From NCBI RefSeq assembly GCF_030028105.1, contig NC_092370.1, positions 185,548,005 through 185,612,004 on the forward strand: a stretch of 64,000 nt of DNA, given 5' to 3'. Within the stretch, counting starts at the first letter, position 1. Every line of letters starts with the position of its first letter. A program made the translations under genes and the position numbers. This DNA comes from Mobula birostris. Taxonomy: Eukaryota. Below are positions 62,783 through 64,000 of the stretch, piece by piece. Below the pieces are notes generated by a model, which was not told the origin of the DNA, made no database searches, and saw only the letters and a program-made list of their open reading frames with translations.

Positions 62783-63269
62783 GCAGCCTCCAACCTGCTG
62801 GCATGAACATCGACTTCTCTAACTTCCGCTAATGCCCCACCTCCCCCTCGTACCCCATCTATTACTTATTTTTATACACCCATTCTTTCTCTCACTCTCC
62901 TTTATCTCCCTCTGTCCCTCTGAATATACCCCTTGCCCATCCTCTGGGTCCCCCCCACCCCCCCCCCCCGTCTTTCTTCCCGGACCTCCTGTCCCATGAT
63001 TCTCTCGTATCCCTTTTGCCTATCACCTGTCCAGCTCTTGGCTCCATCCCTCCCCCTCCTGTCTTCTCCTATTATTTTGGATCTCCCCCTCCCCCTCCCC
63101 CTCCAACTTTCAAATCCCTTACTCACTCTTCCTTCAGTTAGTCCTGACGAGGGGTCTCGGCCTGAAACATCGACTGCACCTCTTCCTAGAGATGCTGCCT
63201 GGCCTGCTGCGTTCACCAGCAACTTTTATGTGTGTTGCTTGAATTTCCAGCATCTGCAGAATTCCTGTT
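62783..63269 (+). mobile_element. Young Penelope 3' fragment (pLTR)
   Basis: Very similar to 25352-25791; flanked by gttagcagtta and gttaacagtta (11 bp, 1 mismatch). Confidence 0.9.
63139..63176 (+). ncRNA. Minimal type I hammerhead ribozyme (best-preserved copy)
   Basis: tagtc-CTGACGA-g-gggt(ctcg)gcct-GAAA-catc-gactg: stem I agtc/gact, intact CUGANGA and GAAA, loopless stem III. Confidence 0.78.
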
Positions 63270-63715
63270 GTTAACAGTTACACTAATGTATTCAGTATTA
63301 ATAATTTGTCACAGCAAAAAATTATTTGTAGGACTAATAACACCTGTCATTTTCAAATATTAGGCAGAACTTGAGAAAATGGTGAACCATGGTTAGTCTG
63401 TTCACAGAGAAAAATAAAGATTGACTGCTATAACAAAGGACAGCTTTTTCCTGATGTAGTTATGGACATCTCCCTGAAGCACTAAGAAGTATTGACCACA
63501 GTGAAGTTAAATATGAGGTCATGTCCACTCTTCCATTCTCAAAAAGTATCAAGATCTTTCACCATGTATCAGTTTTGGAGTTCAGCATATCCCTCTCTCC
63601 TTTCTTACCAAATTATCTGTAAATCAGGTGCTTTTTTTTTATTCTCTATACATCTAGTCAAGGGCTAATGACCATATTTATGAATAATTTAAATTTGAGG
63701 CATTAAACAAATATA

Positions 63716-64000
63716 CATTGCCTATTAAAAAGTATTCAGCCCCCTCCCCAGATATTTTCATTTCGTCTATTGTTTTACAACATTGAATCACAGTGGATTT
63801 AATTTGGATTTTTGACACTGATCAACAGTACTCTTTCGTGTCAAAGTGAAAACAGATCTCTACAAAGTGATCTAAATTAGTTGCAAATATAAAACACAAA
63901 ATAATTGATTGCATAAGTATTTACCCCCTTCAAGTCAGTGTTTAGTAGATGCACCTTTGACAGCAATTACAGCCTTGAGTCTGTGTGGATAGGTCTCTGT
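63716..64000 (-). mobile_element. Tc1/mariner transposon end (same family as 30332), running off the window
   Basis: TA then cattgcctatta; TIR of about 210 bp and transposase C-terminus (KGASTKH*) similar to 30332-30610. Confidence 0.9.

Noticed and set aside
1-64000. tRNA, rRNA, snoRNA or CRISPR features
   Set aside because: None recognisable; the tRNA-like boxes at 8528 belong to a SINE head, and the DNA is eukaryotic with no repeat-spacer array.

Overview
Vertebrate genomic DNA, most likely a cartilaginous fish (inferred from dense CR1 LINEs, V-SINEs, Rex1/Babar, Neptune-type Penelope elements and Tc1/pogo relics). It covers the conserved block HEATR5A (5' end, minus) - DTD2 (complete, 3 exons, minus) - NUBPL (first two exons, plus). 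Between DTD2 and NUBPL, where human has GPR33, there is instead an intact two-exon gene (minus, 291 aa) with a Myb/SANT-like trihelix domain and a coiled-coil tail, of the type derived from PIF/Harbinger transposons. It has no adjacent transposase or TIRs, shows signs of purifying selection, has a TE-free 3'UTR, and sits head-to-head with NUBPL on a shared CpG island: the best candidate here for an undescribed domesticated gene. Its intron holds a possible second promoter with an in-phase alternative first exon. The rest is mostly layered transposon relics, including Penelope elements carrying minimal hammerhead ribozymes (two sequence families), one forming a hairpin in a DTD2 intron. There is a 147-nt assembly gap at 38899-39045. 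Gene identities come from remembered human protein sequences, not from a database search; most repeat boundaries are approximate.
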